Positions 43,063 through 57,855 are shown, numbered from the stretch's first letter. The stretch is 64,000 nucleotides of DNA from Balanoglossus misakiensis (GCA_040954595.2 CM082590.2:9512088-9576087), one strand, 5' to 3'. Numbers and translations: made by a program. Notes: generated by a model from the letters alone, not told the origin.

Positions 43063-46000
43063 ATGACCATTTCTCGACTTGCCGAATTTTCATATTTTGG
43101 GCCTTGTTGAACATTTTTCATGGGTTATACATCATGGTTTTTGTCAAAAAATGACCATTTCTCGACTTGCCGAATTTTCATATTTTGGGCCTTTTTGAAC
43201 ATTTTTCATGGGTTATACATCATGGTTTTTGTCAAAAAATGACCATTTCTCGACTTGCCGAATTTTCATATTTTGGGCCTTGTTGAACATTTTTCATGGG
43301 TTATACATCATGGTTTTTGTCAAAAAATGACCATTTCTCGACTTGCCGAATTTTCATATTTTGGGCCTTGTTGAACATTTTTCATGGGTTATACATCATG
43401 GTTTTTGTCAAAAAATGACCATTTCTCGACTTGCCGAATTTTCATATTTTGGGCCTTTTTGAACATTTTTCATGGGTTATACATCATGGTTTTTGTCAAA
43501 AAATGACCATTTCTCGACTTGCCGAATTTTCATATTTTGGGCCTTTTTGAACATTTTTCATGGGTTATACATCATGGTTTTTGTCAAAAAATGACCATTT
43601 TTCGACTTGCCGAATTTTCATATTTTGGGCCTTTTTGAACATTTTTCATGGGTTATACATCATGGTTTTTGTCAAAAAATGACAATTTCTCGACTTGCCG
43701 AATTTTCATATTTTGGGCCTTGTTGAACATTTTTCATGGGTTATACATCATGGTTTTTGTCAAAAAATGACCATTTCTCGACTTGCCGAATTTTCATATT
43801 TTGGGCCTTTTTGAACATTTTTCATGGGTTATACATCATGGTTTTTGTCAAAAAATGACCATTTTTCGACTTGCCGAATTTTCATATTTTGGGCCTTTTT
43901 GAACATTTTTCATGGGTTATACATCATGGTTTTTGTCAAAAAATGACAATTTCTCGACTTGCCGAATTTTCATATTTTGGGCCTTGTTGAACATTTTTCA
44001 TGGGTTATACATCATGGTTTTTGTCAAAAAATGACCATTTTTCGACTTGCCGAATTTTCATATTTTGGGCCTTTTTGAACATTTTTCATGGGTTATACAT
44101 CATGGTTTTTGTCAAAAAATGACCATTTCTCGACTTGCCGAATTTTCATATTTTGGGCCTTGTTGAACATTTTTCATGGGTTATACATCATGGTTTTTGT
44201 CAAAAAATGACCATTTCTCGACTTGCCGAATTTTCATATTTTGGGCCTTGTTGAACATTTTTCATGAGTTATACATCATGGTTTTTGTCAAAAAATGACC
44301 ATTTCTCGACTTGCCGAATTTTCATATTTTGGGCCTTGTTGAACATTTTTCATGGGTTATACATCATGGTTTTTGTCAAAAAATGACCATTTCTCGACTT
44401 GCCGAATTTTCATATTTTGGGCCTTTTTGAACATTTTTCATGGGTTATACATCATGGTTTTTGTCAAAAAATGACCATTTCTCGACTTGCCGAATTTTCA
44501 TATTTTGGGCCTTGTTGAACATTTTTCATGGGTTATACATCATGGTTTTTGTCAAAAAATGACCATTTCTCGACTTGCCGAATTTTCATATTTTGGGCCT
44601 TGTTGAACATTTTTCATGGGTTATACATCATGGTTTTTGTCAAAAAATGACCATTTCTCGACTTGCCGAATTTTCATATTTTGGGCCTTGTTGAACATTT
44701 TTCATGGGTTATACATCATGGTTTTTGTCAAAAAATGACCATTTCTCGACTTGCCGAATTTTCATATTTTGGGCCTTTTTGAACATTTTTCCTGGGTTAT
44801 ACATCATGGTTTTTGTCAAAAAATGACCATTTCCGGAATCGCCGAATTTTCATATTTCGGGCCTTTTTGAACATTTTTCCTGGGTTATACATCATGGTTT
44901 TTGTCAAAAAATGACCATTTCCGGAATCGCCGAATTTTCATATTTCGGGCCTTTTTGAACATTTTTCCTGGGTTATACATCATGGTTTTTGTCAAAAAAT
45001 GACCATTTCCGGAATCGCCGAATTTTCATCTTTCGGGCCTTTTTGAACATTTTTCCTGGGTTATACATCATGGTTTTTGTCAAAAAATGACCATTTCCGG
45101 AATCGCCGAATTTTCATCTTTCGGGCCTTTTTGAACATTTTTCCTGGGTTATACATCATGGTTTTTGTCAAAAAATGACCATTTCCGGAATCGCCGAATT
45201 TTCATCTTTCGGGCCTTTTTGAACATTTTTCCTGGGTTATACATCATGGTTTTTGTCAAAAAATGACCATTTCCGGAATCGCCGAATTTTCATCTTTCGG
45301 GCCTTTTTGAACATTTTTCCTGGGTTATACATCATGGTTTTTGTCAAAAAATGACCATTTCCGGAATCGCCGAATTTTCATCTTTCGGGCCTTTTTGAAC
45401 ATTTTTCCTGGGTTATACATCATGGTTTTTGTCAAAAAATGACCATTTCCGGAATCGCCGAATTTTCATCTTTCGGGCCTTTTTGAACATTTTTCCTGGG
45501 TTATACATCATGGTTTTTGTCAAAAAATGACCATTTCCGGAATCGCCGAATTTTCATATTTCGGGCCTTTTTGAACATTTTTCCTGGGTTATACATCATG
45601 GTTTTTGTCAAAAAATGACCATTTCCGGAATCGCCGAATTTTCATATTTCGGGCCTTTTTGAACATTTTTCCTGGGTTATACATCATGGTTTTTGTCAAA
45701 AAATGACCATTTCCGGAATCGCCGAATTTTCATATTTCGGACCTTTTTGAACATTTTTCCTGGGTTATACATCATGGTTTTTGTCAAAAAATTACCATTT
45801 CCGGAATCGCCGAATTTTCATATTTCGGGCCTTTTTGAACATTTTTCCTGGGTTATACATCATGGTTTTTGTCAAAAAATGACCATTTCCGGAATCGCCG
45901 AATTTTCATATTTCGGGCCTTTTTGAACATTTTTCCTGGGTTATACATCATGGTTTTTGTCAAAAAATGACCATTTCCGGAATCGCCGAATTTTCATATT

Positions 46001-46578
46001 TCGGGCCTTTTTGAACATTTTTCCTGGGTTATACATCATGGTTTTTGTCAAAAAATGACCATTTCCGGAATCGCCGAATTTTCATATTTCGGGCCTTTTT
46101 GAACATTTTTCCTGGGTTATACATCATGGTTTTTGTCAAAAAATGACCATTTCCGGAATCGCCGAATTTTCATCTTTCGGGCCTTTTTGAACATTTTTCC
46201 TGGGTTATACATCATGGTTTTTGTCAAAAAATGACCATTTCCGGAATCGCCGAATTTTCATCTTTCGGGCCTTTTTGAAAATTTTTCCTGGGTTATACAT
46301 CATGGTTTTTGTCAAAAAATGACCATTTCCGGAATCGCCGAATTTTCATATTTCGGACCTTTTTGAACATTTTTCCTGGGTTATACATCATGGTTTTTGT
46401 CAAAAAATGACCATTTCCGGAATCGCCGAATTTTCATATTTCGGGCCATTTGAACATTTTTCCTGGGTTATAATGGTTTTTGTCAAAAAATTACCATTTC
46501 TCGACTTGCCGAATTTTCATATTTTGGGCCTTTTTGAACATTTTTCATGGGTGATACATCATGGTTTTTGTCAAAAAA
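43061..46578 (-). repeat. 88-bp satellite array 2 (~40 units), inverted relative to array 1
   Basis: accatt recurs at 43066, 43154, 43242 (period 88); it is the reverse complement of the array 1 unit. Confidence 0.98.
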
Positions 46579-47616
46579 TCGCGTAAAGGACACGGTGGTC
46601 CCATTAAGTGATTATACAAGAAAAAGTCTACACCGAAGTACATGGCCATATACAGACGGACAGACAGACACACGCACACACACACATAGCGAGAGGTCAA
46701 TGGGCAAACACTGACTGACCCATAAGCTGCCAATGGCATATGTACTGTACATATACTAAATAGAACAGCTGGCCTCTTTAAAACTTAGCCAGTTATGTAA
46801 TCAATTTGCAGTAGATTTTGTTGATGGTTCAGCCAGCATACTGTAATCACGGTTACTAGTATATGCTGCTCGTAGTATTCACTTCGTTGAAAACTTTTTA
46901 TTTCTGGAATATTTATTAGACAATACATTGAACTGGCTGTATTTGAATAGAAAATGTTAAAACTTTACATATGACTTCGAAACAGCCATTCATTCACTGC
47001 GGACACCCCCTTACGAGAACACTGATTGGAACGTCCCAAATCATTTGCATATGAATCAACAGGGTACAGTATACAGGGCGACCAATGAATAAGCGCCACC
47101 AGTTCTTGAAAGACTCATTTCTGCCTTTGTTTAGGCTCCACCAAAATTTGAAATGGTTAAAAAGTGGCGCTTATTTGTGAGAATATACGGTACATCCATC
47201 CACCCATACAGACGCAATCGATCCCATTGTTGTTGGGTCCCATTGGTATGTAAAATGGGACCCAACAACAATCTAATATCGGACTGTCGACACAGAGAAC
47301 TGATGGCACGATGAATGCCAATATGAACTGTATAGCTCTCAAATCACAGCAAAAGAAGGCGATACAAAAGCTTAGGGTGTGTTGCACTGACCTGCGTTAA
47401 CAGATCCCGTGAGGAGTACGGTGCCCAGAGCGCTAACACATCCCCAATACGAACTCATGGACACAGACTATATACATTTCTAGGTCCAAAACTTTAACTA
47501 CAGTGAGACAAAACTGTTAGGCTTTTCTCATATTTAAATCAATTATTGAAATGCAAAATAAGTGTTAAAATGCAAATTAAGACCGACGGGAGTGGTTCTT
47601 CTTTTCTCCAATGAAG

Positions 47617-50600
47617 TCAAAAAATGACCATTTCTGGAATTGCCGAATTTTCGTATTTTGGGCCTTGTTGAACATTTTTCATGGGTTATACATCATGATT
47701 TTTGTCAAAAAATGACCATTTCTGGAATCGCCGAATTTTCATATTTTGGGCCTTGTTGAACATTTTTCTTGGGTTATACATCATGATTTTTGTCAAAAAA
47801 TGACAATTTCTGGAATCGCCGTATTTTCATATTTTGGGCCTTGTTGAACATTTTTCTTGGGTTATACATCATGATTTTTGTCAAAAAATGACCATTTCTG
47901 GAATCGCCGAATTTTCATCTTTCGGGCCTTTTTGAACCTTTTTCCTGGGTTATACATCATGGTTTTTGTCAAAAAATGACCATTTCCGGAATCGCCGAAT
48001 TTTCATCTTTCGGGCCTTTTTGAACATTTTTCCTGGGTTATACATCATGGTTTTTGTCAAAAAATGACCATTTCCGGAATCGCCGAATTTTCATCTTTCG
48101 GGCCTTTTTGAACATTTTTCCTGGGTTATACATCATGGTTTTTGTCAAAAAATGACCATTTCCGGAATCGCCGAATTTTCATCTTTCGGGCCTTTTTGAA
48201 CATTTTTCCTGGGTTATACATCATGGTTTTTGTCAAAAAATGACCATTTCCGGAATCGCCGAATTTTCATCTTTCGGGCCTTTTTGAACATTTTTCCTGG
48301 GTTATACATCATGGTTTTTGTCAAAAAATGACCATTTCCGGAATCGCCGAATTTTCATCTTTCGGGCCTTTTTGAACATTTTTCCTGGGTTATACATCAT
48401 GGTTTTTGTCAAAAAATGACCATTTCCGGAATCGCCGAATTTTCATCTTTCGGGCCTTTTTGAACATTTTTCCTGGGTTATACATCATGGTTTTTGTCAA
48501 AAAATGACCATTTCCGGAATCGCCGAATTTTCATCTTTCGGGCCTTTTTGAACATTTTTCCTGGGTTATACATCATGGTTTTTGTCAAAAAATGACCATT
48601 TCCGGAATCGCCGAATTTTCATCTTTCGGGCCTTTTTGAACATTTTTCCTGGGTTATACATCATGGTTTTTGTCAAAAAATGACCATTTCCGGAATCGCC
48701 GAATTTTCATATTTCGGGCCTTTTTGAACATTTTTCCTGGGTTATACATCATGGTTTTTGTCAAAAAATGACCATTTCCGGAATCGCCGAATTTTCATCT
48801 TTCGGGCCTTTTTGAACATTTTTCCTGGGTTATACATCATGGTTTTTGTCAAAAAATGACCATTTCCGGAATCGCCGAATTTTCATCTTTCGGGCCTTTT
48901 TGAACATTTTTCCTGGGTTATACATCATGGTTTTTGTCAAAAAATGACCATTTCCGGAATCGCCGAATTTTCATCTTTCGGGCCTTTTTGAACATTTTTC
49001 CTGGGTTATACATCATGGTTTTTGTCAAAAAATGACCATTTCCGGAATCGCCGAATTTTCATATTTCGGGCCTTTTTGAACATTTTTCCTGGGTTATACA
49101 TCATGGTTTTTGTCAAAAAATGACCATTTCCGGAATCGCCGAATTTTCATCTTTCGGGCCTTTTTGAACATTTTTCCTGGGTTATACATCATGGTTTTTG
49201 TCAAAAAATGACCATTTCCGGAATCGCCGAATTTTCATCTTTCGGGCCTTTTTGAACATTTTTCCTGGGTTATACATCATGGTTTTTGTCAAAAAATGAC
49301 CATTTCCGGAATCGCCGAATTTTCATCTTTCGGGCCTTTTTGAACATTTTTCCTGGGTTATACATCATGGTTTTTGTCAAAAAATGACCATTTCCGGAAT
49401 CGCCGAATTTTCATCTTTCGGGCCTTTTTGAACATTTTTCCTGGGTTATACATCATGGTTTTTGTCAAAAAATGACCATTTCCGGAATCGCCGAATTTTC
49501 ATCTTTCGGGCCTTTTTGAACATTTTTCCTGGGTTATACATCATGGTTTTTGTCAAAAAATGACCATTTCCGGAATCGCCGAATTTTCATCTTTCGGGCC
49601 TTTTTGAACATTTTTCCTGGGTTATACATCATGGTTTTTGTCAAAAAATGACCATTTCCGGAATCGCCGAATTTTCATCTTTCGGGCCTTTTTGAACATT
49701 TTTCCTGGGTTATACATCATGGTTTTTGTCAAAAAATGACCATTTCCGGAATCGCCGAATTTTCATCTTTCGGGCCTTTTTGAACATTTTTCCCGGGTTA
49801 TACATCATGGTTTTTGTCAAAAAATGACCATTTCCGGAATCGCCGAATTTTCATCTTTCGGGCCTTTTTGAACATTTTTCCTGGGTTATACATCATGGTT
49901 TTTGTCAAAAAATGACCATTTCCGGAATCGCCGAATTTTCATCTTTCGGGCCTTTTTGAACATTTTTCCTGGGTTATACATCATGGTTTTTGTCAAAAAA
50001 TGACCATTTCCGGAATCGCCGAATTTTCATCTTTCGGGCCTTTTTGAACATTTTTCCTGGGTTATACATCATGGTTTTTGTCACAAAATGACCATTTCCG
50101 GAATCGCCGAATTTTCATCTTTCGGGCCTTTTTGAACATTTTTCCTGGGTTATACATCATGGTTTTTGTCACAAAATGACCATTTCCGGAATCGCCGAAT
50201 TTTCATCTTTCGGGCCTTTTTGAACATTTTTCCTGGGTTATACATCATGGTTTTTGTCAAAAAATGACCATTTCCGGAATCGCCGAATTTTCATCTTTCG
50301 GGCCTTTTTGAACATTTTTCCTGGGTTATACATCATGGTTTTTGTCAAAAAATGACCATTTCCGGAATCGCCGAATTTTCATCTTTCGGGCCTTTTTGAA
50401 CATTTTTCCTGGGTTATACATCATGGTTTTTGTCAAAAAATGACCATTTCCGGAATCGCCGAATTTTCATCTTTCGGGCCTTTTTGAACATTTTTCCTGG
50501 GTTATACATCATGGTTTTTGTCAAAAAATGACCATTTCCGGAATCGCCGAATTTTCATCTTTCGGGCCTTTTTGAACATTTTTCCTGGGTTATACATCAT

Positions 50601-53600
50601 GGTTTTTGTCAAAAAATGACCATTTCCGGAATCGCCGAATTTTCATCTTTCGGGCCTTTTTGAACATTTTTCCTGGGTTATACATCATGGTTTTTGTCAA
50701 AAAATGACCATTTCCGGAATCGCCGAATTTTCATCTTTCGGGCCTTTTTGAACATTTTTCCTGGGTTATACATCATGGTTTTTGTCAAAAAATGACCATT
50801 TCCGGAATCGCCGAATTTTCATCTTTCGGGCCTTTTTGAACATTTTTCCTGGGTTATACATCATGGTTTTTGTCAAAAAATGACCATTTCCGGAATCGCC
50901 GAATTTTCATCTTTCGGGCCTTTTTGAACATTTTTCCTGGGTTATACATCATGGTTTTTGTCAAAAAATGACCATTTCCGGAATCGCCGAATTTTCATCT
51001 TTCGGGCCTTTTTGAACATTTTTCCTGGGTTATACATCATGGTTTTTGTCAAAAAATGACCATTTCCGGAATCGCCGAATTTTCATCTTTCGGGCCTTTT
51101 TGAACATTTTTCCTGGGTTATACATCATGGTTTTTGTCAAAAAATGACCATTTCCGGAATCGCCGAATTTTCATCTTTCGGGCCTTTTTGAACATTTTTC
51201 CTGGGTTATACATCATGGTTTTTGTCAAAAAATGACCATTTCCGGAATCGCCGAATTTTCATCTTTCGGGCCTTTTTGAACATTTTTCCTGGGTTATACA
51301 TCATGGTTTTTGTCAAAAAATGACCATTTCCGGAATCGCCGAATTTTCATCTTTCGGGCCTTTTTGAACATTTTTCCTGGGTTATACATCATGGTTTTTG
51401 TCAAAAAATGACCATTTCCGGAATCGCCGAATTTTCATCTTTCGGGCCTTTTTGAACATTTTTCCTGGGTTATACATCATGGTTTTTGTCAAAAAATGAC
51501 CATTTCCGGAATCGCCGAATTTTCATCTTTCGGGCCTTTTTGAACATTTTTCCTGGGTTATACATCATGGTTTTTGTCAAAAAATGACCATTTCCGGAAT
51601 CGCCGAATTTTCATCTTTCGGGCCTTTTTGAACATTTTTCCTGGGTTATACATCATGGTTTTTGTCAAAAAATGACCATTTCCGGAATCGCCGAATTTTC
51701 ATCTTTCGGGCCTTTTTGAACATTTTTCCTGGGTTATACATCATGGTTTTTGTCAAAAAATGACCATTTCCGGAATCGCCGAATTTTCATCTTTCGGGCC
51801 TTTTTGAACATTTTTCCTGGGTTATACATCATGGTTTTTGTCAAAAAATGACCATTTCCGGAATCGCCGAATTTTCATCTTTCGGGCCTTTTTGAACATT
51901 TTTCCTGGGTTATACATCATGGTTTTTGTCAAAAAATGACCATTTCCGGAATCGCCGAATTTTCATCTTTCGGGCCTTTTTGAACATTTTTCCTGGGTTA
52001 TACATCATGGTTTTTGTCAAAAAATGACCATTTCCGGAATCGCCGAATTTTCATCTTTCGGGCCTTTTTGAACATTTTTCCTGGGTTATACATCATGGTT
52101 TTTGTCAAAAAATGACCATTTCCGGAATCGCCGAATTTTCATCTTTCGGGCCTTTTTGAACATTTTTCCTGGGTTATACATCATGGTTTTTGTCAAAAAA
52201 TGACCATTTCCGGAATCGCCGAATTTTCATCTTTCGGGCCTTTTTGAACATTTTTCCTGGGTTATACATCATGGTTTTTGTCAAAAAATGACCATTTCCG
52301 GAATCGCCGAATTTTCATCTTTCGGGCCTTTTTGAACATTTTTCCTGGGTTATACATCATGGTTTTTGTCAAAAAATGACCATTTCCGGAATCGCCGAAT
52401 TTTCATCTTTCGGGCCTTTTTGAACATTTTTCCTGGGTTATACATCATGGTTTTTGTCAAAAAATGACCATTTCCGGAATCGCCGAATTTTCATCTTTCG
52501 GGCCTTTTTGAACATTTTTCCTGGGTTATACATCATGGTTTTTGTCAAAAAATGACCATTTCCGGAATCGCCGAATTTTCATCTTTCGGGCCTTTTTGAA
52601 CATTTTTCCTGGGTTATACATCATGGTTTTTGTCAAAAAATGACCATTTCCGGAATCGCCGAATTTTCATCTTTCGGGCCTTTTTGAACATTTTTCCTGG
52701 GTTATACATCATGGTTTTTGTCAAAAAATGACCATTTCCGGAATCGCCGAATTTTCATCTTTCGGGCCTTTTTGAACATTTTTCCTGGGTTATACATCAT
52801 GGTTTTTGTCAAAAAATGACCATTTCCGGAATCGCCGAATTTTCATCTTTCGGGCCTTTTTGAACATTTTTCCTGGGTTATACATCATGGTTTTTGTCAA
52901 AAAATGACCATTTCCGGAATCGCCGAATTTTCATCTTTCGGGCCTTTTTGAACATTTTTCCTGGGTTATACATAATGGTTTTTGTCAAAAAATGACCATT
53001 TCCGGAATCGCCGAATTTTCATCTTTCGGGCCTTTTTGAACATTTTTCCTGGGTTATACATCATGGTTTTTGTCAAAAAATGACCATTTCCGGAATCGCC
53101 GAATTTTCATATTTCGGGCCTTTTTGAACATTTTTCCTGGGTTATACATCATGGTTTTTGTCAAAAAATGACCATTTCCGGAATCGCCGAATTTTCATAT
53201 TTCGGGCCTTTTTGAACATTTTTCCTGGGTTATACATCATGGTTTTTGTCAAAAAATGACCATTTCCGGAATCGCCGAATTTTCATCTTTCGGGCCTTTT
53301 TGAACATTTTTCCTGGGTTATACATCATGGTTTTTGTCAAAAAATGACCATTTCCGGAATCGCCGAATTTTCATCTTTCGGGCCTTTTTGAACATTTTTC
53401 CTGGGTTATACATCATGGTTTTTGTCAAAAAATGACCATTTCCGGAATCGCCGAATTTTCATCTTTCGGGCCTTTTTGAACATTTTTCCTGGGTTATACA
53501 TCATGGTTTTTGTCAAAAAATGACCATTTCCGGAATTGCCGAATTTTCATATTTCGGGCCTTTTTGAACATTTTTCATGGGTTATACATCATGGTTTTTG

Positions 53601-53626
53601 TCAAAAAATGACCAATTCTCGACTTT
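47617..53626 (-). repeat. 88-bp satellite array 3 (~68 units, highly homogeneous)
   Basis: Unit gtcaaaaaatgaccatttccggaatcgccgaattttcatctttcgggcctttttgaacatttttcctgggttatacatcatggttttt. Confidence 0.98.
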
Positions 53627-53949
53627 GCTTTCAAATGTCAACAGTAACTTCAAGACTAAACAGACTTCTGGAAATTAAATCATTTCGTACTTAAATGCAA
53701 TCCGTACATGTTTGTAATCTTGGTTTTAAAGTCCAAGTTTTTTTCTGCATTTTTTCAACCAAGTATATCCTCTGGATATAAATTCTCAATAAGTGCAAAG
53801 TCGAATCGTACTTTTTCTGTGTTCAAACTCCCAACTCTAAAAATTAAGACATTTTGTGTGCTACATGAAGATGCCATAAATGACCAGCCACAGGTCTTTT
53901 ATTAATACAATAACAATAAACAGAGAAAAATACAAAAAATTATTTCACT

Positions 53950-56900
53950 TCATTGTACATTTGATTCCTGTGCATTCCAATGTTTAATTTCTGTCGGACA
54001 ATTTGGATATTTCAACAATGCATCATTGATCTGTGTATCTTCCACCATCAAAGTCATTGGTCGATACTCTTTCTGTGACCTCTGACCTCCGTCTGCGGGC
54101 TTCAGTAATTCCAAGGTTTGTAAATGCTCATATGCCTGAAATAAAACAATAAAGAACTTCAACATTAAATTTCTATGTCATTTTTTACCCCATCTAAAAT
54201 AAACACAGCATAATTATACAGCTAGATATTCAAAATTTCACGTTTTTTTAATTTGCAAAATCACCCAAAACTACCAGGACCGATTTTGGGATCTTATATT
54301 ACACTTTACAGTAACTGGGTTTTCAAACTGCGACAATCTTACCTTGAGTACGACTGGTTTTTCATAGCACTGTATGGAGTGTCCTCTTCGCTGTACAAAT
54401 CGTTGATATTCTTGAAACAAATATATATATATATATAAAACTTGGTTGACTTGATTTTCATTAGCAAGTATGAGCGTGGTTCTTAGATAGGGAATTAACC
54501 ACATCGAGGTTCTTAGATAGGGAATTAACCACAGCGAGGTTCTTACATAGGTAATTAACCACAGCGAGGTTCTTACATAGGGAATTAACCACAGCGAGGT
54601 TCTTACATAGGGAATTAACCACAGCGAGGTTCTTACATAGGGAATTAAACACAGCGAGGTTCTTACATAGGGAATTAAACACAGCGAGGTTCTTACATAG
54701 GGAATTAACCACAGCGAGGTTCTTACATAGGGAATTAACCACAGCGAGGTTCTTACATAGGGAATTAACCACAGCGAGGTTCTTACATAGGGAATTAACC
54801 ACAGCGAGGTTCTTACATAGGGAATTAACCACAGCGAGGTTCTTACATAGGGAATTAACCACAGCGAGGTTCTTACATAGGGAATTAACCACAGCATGGT
54901 TCTTAGATAGGCATTTTCATGCATAGCTACCAACTTTAGTCACCCTGAAGCAAAAAACAAACAAAAAACGGTTCAATAATGATGAAACTTCTTGACTTAC
55001 CGTTGTAAACCATTTCAAAATTGACCGGGTCTCCATCATATAATGATGTTAGATGTTTCATCGCTATAATCAAACACAGTTCCAGCACTGATACACCTGA
55101 AAAAGTAATGTTTGATATATTTGAAAACAACAGATTCAGGGCCTTCTATCAACAACTGTTTCATGTAGCTTTACAAAAACAGAGGCAAGAATGACCAAAC
55201 TCAAATTTGGCCATTCTAAAACTAAATACAAAAATAGGAAGTCCTTACCTATTTAAGAAAGCACCCCAAGGCTTTGAACAGCCATTAAAATATTATCATG
55301 ACGGTCAGGGTTGGGGTGGGTGTGTGTATATAATTTGTGAGGAAAACTTGTAAAATATTTGCTTTCATATAAATTTACTTCACATTACCCTCGATCAGAG
55401 TTCTTCAAGTTTCTAAAAATATGCTAAATTCACAAGAATAAAAGGTTTACAATCCATCATCAGAATTCTTACTCAAGAAGTACGCGGATATAAAGTCATA
55501 TACAAACTCACCATGTAACATGGCCGCCTTTGAATCCATCGTTAGATACTGACTAGATTCCAGGAAATGTGTACTCTCCAGTCGGGAATGATTAGATGTG
55601 AGCTTGCACACGGGAAGAATCTGAGGAATACAACATAAGCCTTTTGACAGGAGACTATTTGCCTTCCTGTGTTGGACAAATGGCCTCCTGAGCTGGCAAC
55701 AATACAGTCAAACCTGAACTGTTAGTGGCCACTTCGCTGCAGTCCCTGTGCAATTAACATATGCATTGATTGACCTATCTATAAAGGCCAGTTTCAGAAA
55801 GTCCCTCGACTGGCCACTACAGATAGGTTCAACTGTATTTCATTTAAAATGTTATTGAATGTGTTCCTGTCTGCATCTGAACATTGATCTCTTACCAGCA
55901 GTGACTTCAAAGCTCGGATATTCTTGTCAGTGTTGTAGAGTCTCTGTAACACATCTGTTGTCATCTTCTCTTCCGACAAACTCTACAAACACAAAATTAA
56001 AGAAAGACATGTAACAATTGATTTTACGTCAACAAAAAGCCACCAATGAAACTGATAGTTGCTGGTAATTAAGATGTGCATATGATAAAATAAATTAGTT
56101 TGCTGTTTTTGTTATTTAGTCACCGATGTTGCAAAAGCCAATCACATATTGCCACTTAGTAACTCCCATAACCTGATTGGTTCAGCTTACCTGTATATGT
56201 AGGTTCCATTGTTGCATGAATTTTCTGTCTTGGAACGTTTTCGGAAGACTCAGAATTTCTACAAAAGCTTTCTTGTACTCCTCAAAGGACAATGCACTGA
56301 AGATGTAAATTTGTCGGTGTGAGAATCGCGATTTAACTCTCTTCTCCAGAAGCTCAATGACATCCTGTCAAAGAAAGAAAATCATTTTCACCATCATGGT
56401 TTTGCCCCCAGTGTATGCATCTGTGTGTGTGTGTGTCCATGTGCATTTTTTCGTATGTACTGGTGTGCCTATTGCCTATTGAGGAGTCACGAAAATGAGA
56501 AACTGTTGCAATGGTAATCTGAAGTGATTGACTTTGTCCACTTACCAGTCGACATGTGATTCCAATCACAACCACTGGCGTCTGTGCAGATTGTGAAATG
56601 TCAAAGAGGTTGTACAGCAGGGTCTGGTTTTTGTGATGTGCAAACAGATCAAACTCTTCTAATACAAACAGGACAGGTTGTGAAGACTTGTCTCCTAAAA
56701 AAATACAAAGATTTTGATATAATTAATGGTTGATCTGTTCATCTCTCATCTCCCCCTGCAGAAGTTGCTCTAGAAAACAATAAGTATTAATTAACAAGGC
56801 TTCTAAAACTTCTACATGTACTTACCACTTTTCAAAGCCTCCAAAAGGAACGCCAAAGTTTCAGCAAATGATCCCTTCAAAGAACAATAAACACAAGATA

Positions 56901-57513
56901 GTAAAGGCATTGTGATTGGCACATTTTCAACCTTATCAGCCAATCACACAATGGCTACCATAATACTTAAAGCTGCTGCAACTGATTGGTCGTTTGACCA
57001 AAATATGACACATTTTCAACCTTATCAGCCAATCACAAATGGCTACCAAAGCAACAATAAAGAGACTTACAAATACTTTGTCTCCCAATGTGTTTTCCAG
57101 TTGAAGTTGTCGGGTGATTTCCTTCAGAGCGATCCTGTCGTCTGTCTGTAGTAAACCGTTCAAATGAACTTCCAATAGATTCCCTTTTGCTGCTTTCTCT
57201 GATTTCACTTCATTGATAACACTCTGCAACAACTGCACGAATGAAAATAAAACAAATTTTTTAAAAGCTTTGTGTCAATTCTAGACATTTCTCTGAGTGC
57301 TCTTCAACATCATCTGGAAATAACTGCTTTTGTACTCACCATGGTTTTACCACTTCCTCGTGGTCCGATCACCAGAGCAGAGTTACTTTCACCCATCGTT
57401 ACACATCGTTTCAACAGATCTAGTAAATGTCTGAAATAAAATCATCATCATCATCATCACCATCATCATCACCATCATCAATTCATCATCATCATCATCA
57501 TCATCATCACCAC

Positions 57514-57575
<62 letters not shown>

Positions 57576-57601
57576 ACATCATCATCATCATCATCATCAC
57601 T

Positions 57602-57632
<31 letters not shown>

Positions 57633-57646
57633 ACATCATCATCACT

Positions 57647-57713
<67 letters not shown>

Positions 57714-57810
57714 CCATCATCATCACCATCATCAATTCATCATCATCATCATCATCATCATCACCACCATCATCATCATCATCAACATCATCATCATCAT
57801 CATCATCACT

Positions 57811-57841
<31 letters not shown>

Positions 57842-57855
57842 ACATCATCATCACT

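Noticed and set aside
40548-53626. CRISPR-like array
   Set aside because: Head-to-tail repeats with no unique spacers, no cas genes, eukaryotic context.
54271-54933. ORF with 10-aa repeats ([10 protein letters not shown])
   Set aside because: Stop-free frame of a 30-bp intronic minisatellite; only the ORC4 exon 54410-54343 within it is coding.
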